Source of the DNA: Squalus acanthias
Taxonomy: Eukaryota
Reading direction: 5' to 3'
NCBI GenBank assembly: GCA_030390025.1
Contig: JASTWF010000333.1
Coordinates: 434,001 to 498,000, forward strand
DNA length: 64,000 nucleotides
Part shown: one piece after another, positions 1-11,599 of the stretch
Position numbering within the stretch: the first letter of the stretch is position 1
Layout of the letters: each line of letters starts with the position of its first letter
The notes under the pieces: generated by a model
The model's input: the letters and a program-made list of their open reading frames with translations, nothing else
Told to the model about the DNA's origin: nothing
The model's database searches: none
Program-made: the position numbers and the translations under genes

Positions 1-1462
1 ACCTTCAACCACCACAACCATCTTCCTTTGTGCTAGGTATGACTCCAGCCAGTGGAGAGTTTTCCCCTCGATTCCCATTGCCTTCAGTTTTACTCGGGCT
101 CCTTGATGCCACACTCGGTCAAATGCTGCTTTGATGTCAAGGGCAGTCACTCTCACCTCACCTTTGGAATTCAGCTCTTTTGTCCATGTTTGGGCCAAGG
201 CTATAATGAGGTCAGGAGACGAGTGGTCTTGGCGGAACCCAAACTGGGCATCAGTGAGCAGGTTATTGGTGAGTAAGTGCTGCTTGATAGCACAGTCGAT
301 GAGACTTTCCATCACTTTGCTGATGATTGAGAGTAGACTGATGAGGCGGTAATTGGCTGGGTTAGATTTGTCCTGCTTTTTGTGGACAGGACATACCTGG
401 GCAGTTTTCCACATTGTCGGATAGATGCCAGTGTTGTAGCTGTACTGGAACAGCTTGGCTAGAGGCGCGGCTAGTTCTGGAGCATAAGTCTTCAGCACGA
501 TAGCCAGGATGTTGTCGGGACCCATAGCCTTTGCTGTATCCAGTGCGCTCAGCTGTTTCTTGATATCACGTGGAGTGAATCGAATTGGCTGAAGACTGGC
601 TTCTGTGATGGTGGGGACCTCAGGAGGAGGCCGAGATGGATCATCCACTCGGCACTTCTGGCTGAAGTTGGTTGCAAACGCTTCAGCCTTGTTTTTTGCA
701 CTCACGTGCTGGGCTCCACCATCATTGATGATGGGAATATTCATGGAGCCTCCTCCTCCCATTAGTTGTTTAATGGTCCACCACCATTCACGACTGGATG
801 TGGCAGGACTGCAGAGATTTGATCTGAACCGTTGATTGTGGGATCGCTTAGCCCTGTCTATAGCATGTTGCTTCCGCTTTTTAGCTTGCATGTAGTCCTG
901 TGTTGCAGCTTCCCCAGGTTGGCACCTCATCTTTAGGTACACCTGGTGCTGCTCCTGGCATATTATTCTATACTCCTGATTGAACCAGGGTTGGTCCCCT
1001 GGCTTGGTGGTAATGGTAGAGTGAGGGATATGCTGGGTCATTAGGTTACAGATTGTGGTGGAATACAATTCTGCTGCTGCTGATGGCCCACAGCGCCTCA
1101 TGGATGCCCAATTTTGAGCTGCTAGATCTGTTCTGAATCTATCCCATTTAGCACGGTGGTAGTGCCACACAACACGATGGAGGGTGTCCTGGGTGTGAAG
1201 ACGGGACTTCGTCACCACAATGACTGTGTGGTGGTCACTGCTACCAATACTGTCAAGGACAGATGCATCTGTGATAGGTAGATTGGTGAGGACGAGGTCA
1301 AGTAGCTTTTTCCCTCGTGTTGGTTCTCTCACCACCTGTCGCAGGCCCAGACTGGCAGTTATGTCCTTCAGGACTTAGCCAGCTCAGTCAGTAGTGTTAC
1401 TACTGAGCCATTATTGGTGATGGACATTGAAGTCCCCCACCCAGAGTACATTCTGTGCTCTT
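1..1462 (-). mobile_element. Degenerate non-LTR retrotransposon (CR1/L2-group LINE) ORF2 fragment, endonuclease to N-terminal RT; runs off window start
   Basis: Manual minus-strand translation gives EN motifs GDFNVHH, EPTRG..LLDLVL and SDH, then GPDNI..VLK..APELAAPLAKLFQYS..WKTAQVCPVHKK..NYR, QFGFR and ALDIKAAFDRVWH. It contains in-frame stops. Confidence 0.88.
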
Positions 1463-1519
1463 GCCTATTTTTAAATGATTTTTATTTTTTTCCATTTTAG
1501 AAGGCAGTTTCCCTTTAAG

Positions 1520-2945
1520 GTACCTGCGGTACCAGTGACCACAACCCCAATTCCCCATTCAACATTTTTCCCACACCTTACCTTCCCTCTGTTACTGACC
1601 ATCACACCGTCCTCTTGGCCACAATGCCACCAGAAAGCAAACTTTCCAGTCCAACTTTATACATTTATCCATCCAATATGACAATAAGAAATCAACTCAT
1701 CACCCTTATGCATTCCCTTAGTGACTGTCTTGTGTGTGCCTTTGCCTATCCTACTGATGTCATGCAGTGCTACCCCAGTGGCTGCAGCATGGCTGGTGGA
1801 AGGCTGCTGACTTTCAGTGGGGGACACTGCAAATGGCCTTGCTGGTTGACCTTGAGGAGCTGGTGGCGTCAAGTGACGGTGTTTCTTCTTCTTCACTCTC
1901 CTCTCCCTCTTCTTGGTCAACCATTGGCTGGGAAAGGCAGGATTTCTTGGGTATGTGAAATGAGGAAGGCACAAGGGTGGAGTTGTGGTGAGGGGAGGGC
2001 GGGAAAGCAAGGGGTGCACGCGAGAAGGAGGATAACATATGAGGATACTAGCATCTTGTATCCTTTCAGCCCTGCCCCTGGCCAAGAATGGCCAGCACCG
2101 TCTCCTCCAAGGAGGTGAGGTGAAGCTAGGAATGGGAGGTGTGCCTCGTGATTGGTACAGAATGTTGATACGTGAGTAATTGAGGGGGGCAGTCATACAT
2201 TGAGAAGTGTGTGAGGCTAGTGGTGCAGCTGGTAGGAGACGGCTTTTGAAGATGCATTCACTGGTCTGAGGTCATGAAGCTTGTTTGGGCACTGTAGCCA
2301 GGTCGTGGGGGCCACACTGCTGGCAGTGACCTCCTCGGTGATCTGGTCCCACATCATTCTTTATGGAGGTCCTCCTCGCTCCTGTGGGTAGAGGACCTCT
2401 CTTGCAGTGTTGACCCCCCTGCACAAAGCTGGAGTGGTGTTTGCGAGACCCTGGGTGCCCCTTCCCTGGCTGGCTGAGCCATTTTGATAGTGCTGAAGCA
2501 CTTTTCCCATTTTTTAGGTGCGGAAGGCAATTCAGCTTTAAGAGCTGAAGACTCCCATTTGGGAATTCTTTTTAATGTTAATTTTTTTTCAGAAGTCAGT
2601 TGAGCTCTAAGGGCTAAAAATTGCCTATTTTTAAATGATTTTTATTTTTTTCCAGTTTAGAAGGCAGTTCCCCTATTAAGGGACCGAACTGCTTTCTGAA
2701 ATGACAGCCTTGCTTTAAGAGAAGGCTGTTCTTGCTGCAATGACGCTACGACCACACTACATTGAGCCTCCTGCCAGGACTAACACCATGAAAACAGCCT
2801 TGCAAGGTGAGTTGAGCACTGGGCTAATGTTAATTAGCAACCAGCACCAATTTACCGGTCCGGTCAGCACCATCAATTTCGGCAACCGTTAACTCCAGCC
2901 CACAGTGGCACCAGCAGGTTTTTAGAGATCGCCAATTTCTAGGCT
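1520..2945 (-). mobile_element. Internally deleted PIF/Harbinger remnant (Myb/SANT gene pieces plus right terminus)
   Basis: Minus strand 2250-2480 reads MAQPAREGAPR...WDQITEEVTASSVAPTTWLQCPNKLHDLR (trihelix/Myb-like). The C-terminus at 1657-1850 (GKGTHKTVTKGMHKGD) matches the Myb-gene C-termini at 5144 and 12670. It ends in CCAATTTCTAGGC, like the TIRs of the neighbouring Harbingers. Confidence 0.75.
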
Positions 2946-2989
2946 TATATGTCACGTTAACAACCATTTGTGGCTGAAGTATATTTGTC

Positions 2990-3311
2990 TTTTTTTTAAT
3001 TCGTTCAAGGGATGTCGTTGGCAAGGCTAGCATTTATTGCCTATCCCTAATTGCCCTTGAGTGGCTTACTAGGCCATTTCAGAGGGCAGTTAAGAGTCAA
3101 CCACATTGCTGTTGGTCTGGAGTCACATATAGGCCAGACCAGGTAAGGACGGCAGATTTCCTTCCTTAAAGGACATTAGTGAACCAGATGGGTTTTTACG
3201 ACAATTTATATTCCCTAGCTGCCGTGGTGGGATTTGAACTTCTCGTCACCAGATTATTAGTCTAGGCCTCTGGATTACTAGTCCAGTAACATTACCACTA
3301 TGCTACTGTTC
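2990..3311 (-). mobile_element. tRNA-derived SINE (resembles MetaSINE/SlmI-type from memory)
   Basis: The minus strand has an A-box-like TAGCATAGTGG, a B-box GTTCAAATCC, a central GGTTCACTAATGTCCTTTAAGGAAGGAAATCTGCC block, and a LINE-like tail GGCAATAAATGC ending in poly-A (T-run at 2990-2997). Confidence 0.8.
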
Positions 3312-3800
3312 CCTGTTTTGTTACATATACCACATATAGGGCTAGAAATTGGGCTCCTTTGCACCTCCCATTAGTGCCTCCGGGGGGCGCTAACGGGGCG
3401 CAAATGGGTTTGCGACCGGGCGCAGCGATATCAACACCTCCCGCTAAATTTGGTGGGAATTTTGCGGCCGCAGTAAGATGTTGCGCCCCGATCTCCTGCG
3501 CCCAGAAATCATGACGTCATTGTTGTGCGCAGCGCCCCGGATTAAAAATTCCCTCTCGCCCCCTGCTTGTGCACCTGCCGTTAACAACGACAGGTAGAGG
3601 AGGCAGCTTTCAGTCGGATGTCCCCTGGAGGAGTGCTATTTAAAAGCGTCCCCATCCGGTGTCGTTTTCGTTAGCCAACAATGCTGCATTGTTAGTTTCA
3701 CATAGGCAAAGAGGCTTTTTGACCAATTTGAGCATTTTGTATTTTAACGAGTGTTCTGGCACATAAAGATTCTTCAGTTTTATTGAGGGGAGATTTGAAA

Positions 3801-4978
3801 ATGCAATATTTGGATCCTTTCATGGGGGCTGTACTGGCACTGGACCTCGCTCACCAGCGTCAACATCGGAGGCAACTGAGGCACAGAGAAAGAGTGCAAA
3901 ATGTGGCCAGAGGTAGGAGGGCCAACAGGGCTCTCAACAGGAGGCCTTACCCACCCAGGGTATTCCGGCAGCAGTTCTCCTACATGAATTTCACTGAGGA
4001 CCAGTGTGTTAGAAGGCTCCGCTTCAGCAAGGACGTGGTCACAGAGCTCTGCCACCTCCTGCAGCCAGACCTGGAGCCTGAGATCAGGATCACCACGGCT
4101 CTCTCAGTGGCTGTCAAGCTCACCGTCGCCCTCAATTTCTACACCAGCGTGCGACAGGTGACATCTCCAACATCTCCCAATTTGTCGTCGATTGCTCCAT
4201 CCACCAGGTCACAGATGCTCTGTACAGAAGGAGAAGGGACTACATTTCCTTCCCCATGACCAGAGAGAAGCAGCGCGAGTGTGCATGTGGCTATGCCAGG
4301 ATAGCGGGCTTCCCATGGTGCAGGGCGCCATTGACTGCAGCCACGTCGCTTTGCGGGAACCTCATAACAATCCTGAGGTAGTCCGTAACCGCAAAGGCCG
4401 CCACTCACTTAATGTACAGTCGGTGTGCGACCACACAAGGCGAATCCTGACCGTCAATGCCCGCTATCCTGGCCATACCCACGGTGTCTTCATTCTGCGG
4501 CAGACCGGTGTGCCAGATCTATTCCAGCCACCACATCAAACTTGCGGCTGGCTGCTGGGAGACAAGGGCTATCCACTCTTCACCTGGCTCATGACTCCCC
4601 TCCACAACCCCAACACTCCTGGACAGCACTCGTACAATGAGAGCCATGCTGCCACCAGGAACATCATTGAGCAGACCATCGGAGTGCTCAAGCAACGGTT
4701 CCGCTGCCTTGACCGCTCGGGAGGAGCCCTCCAGTACTCGGCTGAGCGGGTGTCACTTTTCGTCATCGTCTGCTGCATGCTGCAACTTGGCCATTATGAG
4801 GGCGCAGCCATTGCCACCAGGCATAGCTGCACCACCTCAGGAGGAGGAAGAGGAGCAGGACGAGGAGGAGGTAAAAGAGGAGCAGGAGAACGAACAGGAG
4901 CGACGGAGGAGGCAGCCACTCAATCGGCGTTCTGCAAGGTCGGTCCGTGACCGCCTCATCAGACTTTGTTTCCAGTGA
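3801..4978 (+). pseudogene. Harbinger (HARBI1-like, DDE_Tnp_4) transposase, frameshifted
   Basis: Motifs GAIDCSHV, NRKG.HSLNVQ.VCD, WLLGDKGYP and YNESHAATRNIIEQTIGVLKQRFRCL, split across ORFs 3783-4259, 4192-4950 and 4637-4978. Confidence 0.9.
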
Positions 4979-6507
4979 CTTTGAGTCCTCTTTCCGGTTA
5001 CCAAGCACGTCGCCATCATTCGATCACTTTGTGATTCCATACCACAGTCCAGAACTGAAATGTGACACAGCACCAAATCGGCAACATTCCAGTAATAAAT
5101 TTATCAAAAACCATGAACCACATATATACAACAACAATATTGACTAATCATCCTTGTGCAAACCCTTGCCTCCCCTCTTTACAGTCCCCTTTCCTAATCT
5201 AGTGCTCCTACGTAGTGTCTCCCCAGTGGCTGCAGCAGGGCTGGTGGAAGGGTGCTGAGTGTCAGTGCCAGAGACTACAGATGGCCTTGCAGGACGCCCT
5301 CGTCCAGCTCTGGGCCTGGAAGGCCCGGCTGTACACTGCACCACCTCAGGCTGGGCGGCGGCCGTCTGGGCTGGCTGAATGACAGGCAGCGACAAGTGCA
5401 ATGGCGGAGTGGCAGTGGTGGGATCAGGAATGCTGTCATCCTGAGAAAGGACAGCAGGTTCCTGCTCCACTGACCCACTCCCACTCCCCCAGGGCAGCAC
5501 CTCAGCATCCCTACCATTCTGCTGGAGCACAGATTGCTGGCCTGCTGCGACACCGTGAGATCCCCGGTGGACTGTGGTGGACCCAGTGACGATGGCAGCA
5601 GTCAGATCTTTCGTGGCATTAAGCTGAGACTGTATGAGAGCAATCTGAGACTCAGACGTTGCGTCGCTTCCGCCTGTGTTGCAATGGAAGCTGCCACATC
5701 GCCCATGACATGCGTCATGAGATCTGGATCCGCACGGTCTCTCTGGGAGTCCACGATCCTCTGCACAGTGGAAATGATGGGCTCCATGGTGTGCGCAGAG
5801 CTCAATGCAATGTTGGAGGCAGACTCCTCCATGCTCCTTACCATTGCCGAGAGGTTCTCGGGCACCCTTGCCATTGCACCTACCATCTCGGAATGCATGG
5901 CCATCACCCTTCTTGTGAACGCCTCCCCATCGAGGTCCCCATCTGAGTCCTGTGCAGCAGAACTCACACGCGAACTCGCCCTCCGGGGAGCTGGCTCCTG
6001 AGCTACCCTTTGCCCCTGGCCTTGCTGCAGCACGCTCGTCCCCGGTGCATCACCCAGTGCAGACCCCTCTACTAAACTTGCCTCTAAAGATCGCGTAGTC
6101 CCAGTAACTGAGGTGGTGCCTGCGGGTGAGAGATGCAGCGACGCGGTGCGTGGCTCCTCCTCCTCCTCCTCCTCCTCTTCTCCTTCCTCACTCAGTGAAA
6201 GGCTCAGGGACAGGCTGATCATCTGGTTGCTGATTCTCTGAAAGCATAAAGGCACAACACTCACGTTAAGGTGAGGGTGGGGGGGGGACAGGAATGGAGC
6301 AAGGAATGCAGACATTTTCAGGAGGTGGAAAGTGGAAAAGGCTTGTGGTGTGAGGGGGAAGTGGGATGAAAAGGAGAGGGGCTGAAGATACCGTTTCTGC
6401 CCCCAAGGGGGTCGACGTCGCCGACGGCCACAGCGCCCACCACCTGCTGCCCAATGAGTCGCAGCACTCGCTCCTCAAGGTCTGAGACCTGCTGGAGCTG
6501 CGCATCA

Positions 6508-9258
6508 ACATTCAGAAAGGATAGAATAAAAGGAATAAGGGGGTGGGGTAGCATTGCTGGTTAAAGAGGAGATTAATGCAATAGCTAGGAAGGACATCAG
6601 CTTGGAGGATGTGGATGTGGAATCAATATGGGTTGAGCTGCAGAACACCAAAGGGCAGAAAACGTTAGTGGGAGTTGTGTACAGACCTCCAAACAGCAGT
6701 GGTGAGGTGGGGGAGGGTATGAAACAGGAAATCAGAGGTGCGTGCAAAAAAGGCACGGCAGTTATCATGGGTGACTTTAATATGCATATAGATTGGGCTA
6801 CTCAAACTGGAAGCAATACGGTGGAGGAGGATTTCCTGGAGTGTTTAAGGGATGGTTTCCTAAACCAATATGTTGAGGAACCAACTCGAGGGGAGGCCAT
6901 CCTGGACTGGGTGTTGTGTAATGAGGAAGGACTAATCAGCAATCTTGTGGTACGAGGCCCCCTGGGGAAGAGTGACCATAGTATGGTGGAGTTCTACATT
7001 AGGATGGAGAAGGAAACAGTTAAGTCAGAGACCATGGTCCAGAACTTAAATAAGGGCAACTTTGATGGTATGAGGCGTGAATTGGCGAGGTTAAATTGGC
7101 AAGCGATATTTAAGGGGCTATCAGTGGAAGGGCAATGGCAGACATTTAGAGATCGCATGGATGAACTACAACAATTGTACATCCCGGTCTGGCGTAAAAA
7201 TAAAAAAGGGAAGGTGGCTCAACCATGGCTAACAAGGGAAATCAGGGATAGTATTAAAACCAAGGAAGTTGCATACAAATTGGCCAGAAGTAGCAGCAAA
7301 CCCGGGGACTGGGAGAACTTCAAAACTCAGCAAAGGAGGACGAAGGGTTTGATTAGGGCAGGGAAAATAAAATATGAAAGGAAGCTTGCAGAGAACATTA
7401 AAATGGACTGCAAAAGCTTCTATAAATATGTAAAAAGAAAGAGGTTAGTAAAAACAAACGTAGGTCCCCTGCAGTCGGAAACAGGGCAAGTCGTAATGGG
7501 GAACAAGGAAATGGCAGATCAATTGAACAAGTACTTTGGTTCGGTGTTTACTGTGGAGGACACACACAACCTGCCGGAAATAAAAGGGGTCAGAGGATCC
7601 GGTAAGAGGGAGGAGCTGAGGGAAATCCTTATTAGTCGGGAAAAGGTATTGGGGAAATTGATGGGACTGAAGGCTGAAAAATCCCCGGGGCCTGATGGTC
7701 TGCATCCCAGAGTACTTAAGGAGGTGGCCTTGGAAATAGTGGATGCATTGACGATCATTTTCCAACATTCCTTAGACTCTGGATCAGTTCCGATGGAGTG
7801 GAGGGTGGCCAATGTAACCCCTCTTTTTAAAAAAGGAGGGAGGGAGAAAGCAGGGAATTATAGACTGGTCAGCCTGACATCGGTCGTGGGTAAAATGATG
7901 GAAGCAATTATTAAAGATGTCATAACAGACCATTTGGAAGGTGGCGACATGATAGGTCCAAGTCAGCATGGATTTGTGAAAGGGAAATCATGCTTGACAA
8001 ATCTTCTGGAATTTTTTGAGGATGTTTCCAATAGGGTGGACAGGGGGGAACCAGTAGATGTGGTGTATTTGGACTTTCAGAAGGCCTTCGACAAGGTCCC
8101 ACACAAGAGATTGGTGAGCAAAGTTAAAGCACATGGGATTGGGGGTAATGTGTTGACGTGGATTGAGAACTGGTTGGCACACAGGAAACAAAGAGTAGGA
8201 GTAAATGGGTACTTTTCAGAATGGCAGGCAGTGACCAGCGGGGTACCGCAGGGTTCGGTGCTGGGACCCCAGCTGTTTACATTATATATTAATGATTTAG
8301 ACGAAGGGATTAAATGTAATATCTCCAAATTTGCGGATGACACTAAATTGGGAGGCAGTGTGAACAATGAGGAGGATGCTAGGAGGCTACAGAGTGACTT
8401 GGACAGGTTGGGTGAATGGGCAAATGTATGGCAGATGAAGTACAATGTGGATAAATGTGAGGTTATCCACTTTGGTGGTAAAAATAGAGAGGCGGACTAT
8501 TACCTGAATGGTGGCAGATTAGGGAAAGGGGAGGTGCAACGAGACCTGGGCGTCATGGTACATCAGTCACTGAAGGTGGGAATGCAAGTGCAGCAGGCAG
8601 TCAAGAAAGCAAACGGAATGATGGCCTTCATAGTAAGGGGATTTGAGTACAGGAGTAGGGAGGTGATGCTGCAGTTGTACAGGGCCTTGGTGAGGCCACA
8701 CCTGGAGTATTGTGCGCAGTTTTGGTCTCCTAACTTAAGGAAGGACATTCTTGCTATTGAGGGAGTGCAGCGAAGGTTCACTAGATTGATTCCTGGGATG
8801 GCCGGACTGACATATCAAGAAAGATTGGGTCAACTGAACTTGTATCCTCTGGAGTTCAGAAGAATGAGGGGGGATCTTATAGAGACATTTAAAATCCTGA
8901 CTGGTTTAGACAAATTAGATGCGGGCAGAATGTTCCCAATGTTAGGGAAAACTAGAACCAGGGGTCACAGTCTAAGGATTAAGGGGAAGCCATTTAAGAC
9001 TGAGCTGAGGAGGAACTTCTTCACCCAGAGAGTGGTGAATCTATGGAATTCTCTTCCACAGAAGGTTGTTGAGGCCAGTTCGCTAAATATATTCAAAAGG
9101 GAGTTAGATATAACACTCACAACTAGGGGGATCAAGGGGTATGGCGAGAAAGCAGGAATGGGGTACTGAGGTAGCATGTTCAGCCATGAACGCATTGAAT
9201 GGCGGTGCAGGCTCGAAGGACCGAATGGTCTACTCCTGTACCTATTTTCTATGTTTCT
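6508..9258 (+). mobile_element. 5'-truncated CR1 LINE (HER1-like), young
   Basis: Long EN-RT ORF, a CR1-type 3' UTR (GAATGGCGGTGCAGGCTCGAAGG...) and a (TTTCTATG)n tail. Candidate TSD ATCA at 6504-6507 and 9259-9262. Confidence 0.93.
6554..9169 (+). CDS. CR1 ORF2 (partial APE endonuclease plus reverse transcriptase), 871 aa open frame without its native start
   Basis: Motifs GDFN, EPTRG..ILD, SDH, PGPDG, QHGF, YLDFQKAFDKVPH, GVPQGSVLGP, KFADD and RTRGH. Confidence 0.92.
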   Translation: MLVKEEINAIARKDISLEDVDVESIWVELQNTKGQKTLVGVVYRPPNSSGEVGEGMKQEIRGACKKGTAVIMGDFNMHIDWATQTGSNTVEEDFLECLRDGFLNQYVEEPTRGEAILDWVLCNEEGLISNLVVRGPLGKSDHSMVEFYIRMEKETVKSETMVQNLNKGNFDGMRRELARLNWQAIFKGLSVEGQWQTFRDRMDELQQLYIPVWRKNKKGKVAQPWLTREIRDSIKTKEVAYKLARSSSKPGDWENFKTQQRRTKGLIRAGKIKYERKLAENIKMDCKSFYKYVKRKRLVKTNVGPLQSETGQVVMGNKEMADQLNKYFGSVFTVEDTHNLPEIKGVRGSGKREELREILISREKVLGKLMGLKAEKSPGPDGLHPRVLKEVALEIVDALTIIFQHSLDSGSVPMEWRVANVTPLFKKGGREKAGNYRLVSLTSVVGKMMEAIIKDVITDHLEGGDMIGPSQHGFVKGKSCLTNLLEFFEDVSNRVDRGEPVDVVYLDFQKAFDKVPHKRLVSKVKAHGIGGNVLTWIENWLAHRKQRVGVNGYFSEWQAVTSGVPQGSVLGPQLFTLYINDLDEGIKCNISKFADDTKLGGSVNNEEDARRLQSDLDRLGEWANVWQMKYNVDKCEVIHFGGKNREADYYLNGGRLGKGEVQRDLGVMVHQSLKVGMQVQQAVKKANGMMAFIVRGFEYRSREVMLQLYRALVRPHLEYCAQFWSPNLRKDILAIEGVQRRFTRLIPGMAGLTYQERLGQLNLYPLEFRRMRGDLIETFKILTGLDKLDAGRMFPMLGKTRTRGHSLRIKGKPFKTELRRNFFTQRVVNLWNSLPQKVVEASSLNIFKRELDITLTTRGIKGYGEKAGMGY

Positions 9259-10619
9259 ATCACCCCCACCTGTTCTCTGCTGCTCCCTCCTATTGTGAGC
9301 CATCTTGGCCTGCAAGAGAAACAAATGTGTTTGAGTCAGAGTCCAGCTCTGTGTTTGGGAGATATGCCTGCCGTCGTTGAATAGCTGTGATTGTAGGCAA
9401 GGCGTGAGATGTGGTTGTGAGTTTGAGTAGGTGAAGATGTTTGGTGGGTGAGTGGTGGCGGTGTGGTTGTTTGCGCAGTGTGCACAGACTGAGGTTCAGA
9501 TGCTGGTATGTAGGAGCTGTTGAAGCATGTACTCACCTTGACCACCCGACTGAGGTTGTTGAATTTCTTGCGGCACTGTGTCAGGCTGCGTTCCACCACA
9601 CTACTGGCAGAGACCTCCTGGGCCACTTCACTCCACATTGCCCTGAACACCTGAGGCGATGGCCTCCTTCCAGTGGCTGGGAACAGCATTGCCCTCCTTC
9701 GCTCCGCTCCAGCCACATCTGTGAACCGACGAGCTCTCTCCCTGGGAGTGGGAACAGCCATAGCCATCAGGGGATTCAGTTGCTCGCAGGTCGCCTCAAA
9801 GCCAGCAATGCTGAAAATGAGCTTCTGCACAATGATGCAACCTCCCCTTTAAGAGCTGGAAGGAACCAGTGTGAAGGATCATTGTTGAATGCATTGCTCC
9901 AGAAATTCATTAGTGCTCTGCTGGTAGCACCCCACTAAGGTCATTAGCGCTTGATTTAGTGCCCCATTTCCTTCCTGGGGCGCTAACACCCAATTTAGTA
10001 GAAGTTCAGAATCCTTAGCGCCTGGCGCTAAATTTTCAAAATTTCAAAAGTTAGTTCCCCAAACGGGGCGATACCCAATTTCACCCCCATACTGTTCTCA
10101 GACATGTGGAGTGTAATGTGCAGCCAGAAGCCACAGACTGAGCTTTGTGTCAAAGAATATGTGCGCAGTGCTCCACTGCCCAGATGCTTAATTTTAATGT
10201 TAGCAGTGCATGGGCATGTGGGAGTGCCAGATCTCTCTTATCATTGAAAACATTATAAAGAAAGTTTATAAAATGCCCACCGATCAATGTTTATATATTG
10301 ATCAAATTTTGTTTGGTTGTGTGAATTTTGTTGTTAGAAATTAGGTAAAATGAAAATACTTGAAGTACAGACAGATCTCAGTACTGTGTTAACAATCAAG
10401 CAATTGTCCCAAGAACTGGATTAGGCCCGAAAACGGGCGGCGTCAAGTTCCAGCACTATTTGCCTGTGTCCGTTGAAAGTGGTCCAGTCAGCACACAAAA
10501 TTTGTGCTGCCTGCTCATTATAATGATTTGAGCTCTGATCTCAGGATTAAACGCGCTGCTGATTGGCTTAGCGCTCAACGGGGTGGGGGGGGCAATATCG
10601 GGTGCACTAATGGCCCCTT

Positions 10620-10756
10620 CTGCCCTCTCATGGATCAAAGTGCCCATGGCACTATTTCTAAGAAAAAGAAGGAAGTTCTCCCTGGTGTCCTGGCCAATAT
10701 TTATCCCTCAACCAACTTACTAAAAAAAACAGATTATCTGGTCATTATCTCATTGT
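10620..10756 (+). mobile_element. DeuSINE-like (SacSINE1/AmnSINE1-type) central-domain fragment
   Basis: CCCATGGCACTATTTC...GTTCTCCCTGGTGTCCTGGCCAATATTTATCCCTCAACCAAC...CAGATTATCTGGTCATTATC matches the Deu-domain pattern as recalled. Confidence 0.7.
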
Positions 10757-10912
10757 GATCGATAGATTTTTGGATATCAAGGGATATGGGGATAGTGCGG
10801 GAAGGTGGAGTTGAGGTAGAAAATCAGCCAGGAACTTATTGAATGGCGGAGCAGGCTCGAAGGGCCGAATGGCCTACTCCTGCTCCTATTTCTTATGTTC
10901 TTATGTTCTTAT
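10757..10912 (+). mobile_element. Short CR1 3'-end fragment
   Basis: Same 3' UTR core as 9170-9258 (GAATGGCGGAGCAGGCTCGAAGGGCCGAATGGCCTACTCCTG) and a (TTCTTATG)n tail. Confidence 0.85.
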
Positions 10913-11200
10913 GGGATAGCTAACTCCATCACAGCCACCAGTGTGGTCCCAAGGATGTGGATCCAGTGCCTACAAAAGTTTAATGACCTCACGAACGACA
11001 GGCACTAAGGGAATGCACAAGGGTGATTAGTTGATATTGTAATGTTGATTGGATTCTGATAAATTTATGATTTTTGTTTGGAATGTGTGTTTTGTGGTGG
11101 TTCTCATTTCAGCTTTCTGCCCAGGAGGACGCTGTGATGTTCCGTGACAGAGGAATGATATGATGGGGATGTGGTGAGCAACGGGGATCTGGGTTTTCAT

Positions 11201-11590
11201 TCACTGGAATCGGAGTCTGATGAGGCATTCACGGACAACCCGTCTGGAACGGGGACTTGCTGCCTGCCTCCTCCCTCCCTCCTCTTCCTCATCCTCATCC
11301 TTGTCCTCTTCCTCTTCCTCCTCCTCCTCTCCCTTGTCCTCCTCCTGAGGTGGTCCCGCAATCCCTAGTGGCAAGGGCTGTGCCCTAATGATGGCCAAGT
11401 TGTGGAGCATGCAGCAGACCACCACGAAATGGGACACCAGCTCCGGCGAGTACTGAATGGCTCCTCCCGAGCAGTCAAGGCAGCGGAACCGTTGCTTGAG
11501 CACCCCGATGATCTGCTCAATGAGGTTCCTGGTGGCAGCATAGGTGTCATTATATGAGTGCTGGGCAGGAGTGGTGGAGTTGCGGTGGGC
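11201..11590 (-). pseudogene. Harbinger transposase C-terminal fragment (inverted arm of element B)
   Basis: YNDTYAATRNLIEQIIGVLKQRFRCLD...VVVCCMLHNLAI...LIRLRFQ. Confidence 0.85.
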
Positions 11591-11599
11591 AGTCACCAT

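Larger units (their letters stand above)
5144..9767 (-). pseudogene. Harbinger Myb/SANT-like DNA-binding protein gene, spliced, disrupted by CR1 insertion
   Basis: Exon 1 reads RERARRFTD...MWSEVAQEVSASSVVERSLTQCRKKFNNLSRVVK and ends at a GTGAGT donor (9531-9536). The exon 2 acceptor TTGCAG is near 9310, and exon 2 (RTGGGD/AQLQ) is split by the CR1. The exon 3 acceptor is near 6238. Stop at 5144-5146. Confidence 0.82.
3339..10088. mobile_element. Full-length PIF/Harbinger DNA transposon A (inactive; carries a nested CR1)
   Basis: 15-bp imperfect TIRs GGGCTAGAAATTGGG (3339) and CCCAATTTCACCCCC (ends 10088), 12/15 match. 3-bp TSD ATA at 3336-3338 and 10089-10091. Convergent transposase (+) and Myb/SANT (-) genes. 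Confidence 0.88.

Noticed and set aside
3801..4978. Domesticated host HARBI1/NAIF1 genes
   Set aside because: Multiple frameshifted copies inside TIR/TSD-bounded elements indicate transposons, not the host genes.
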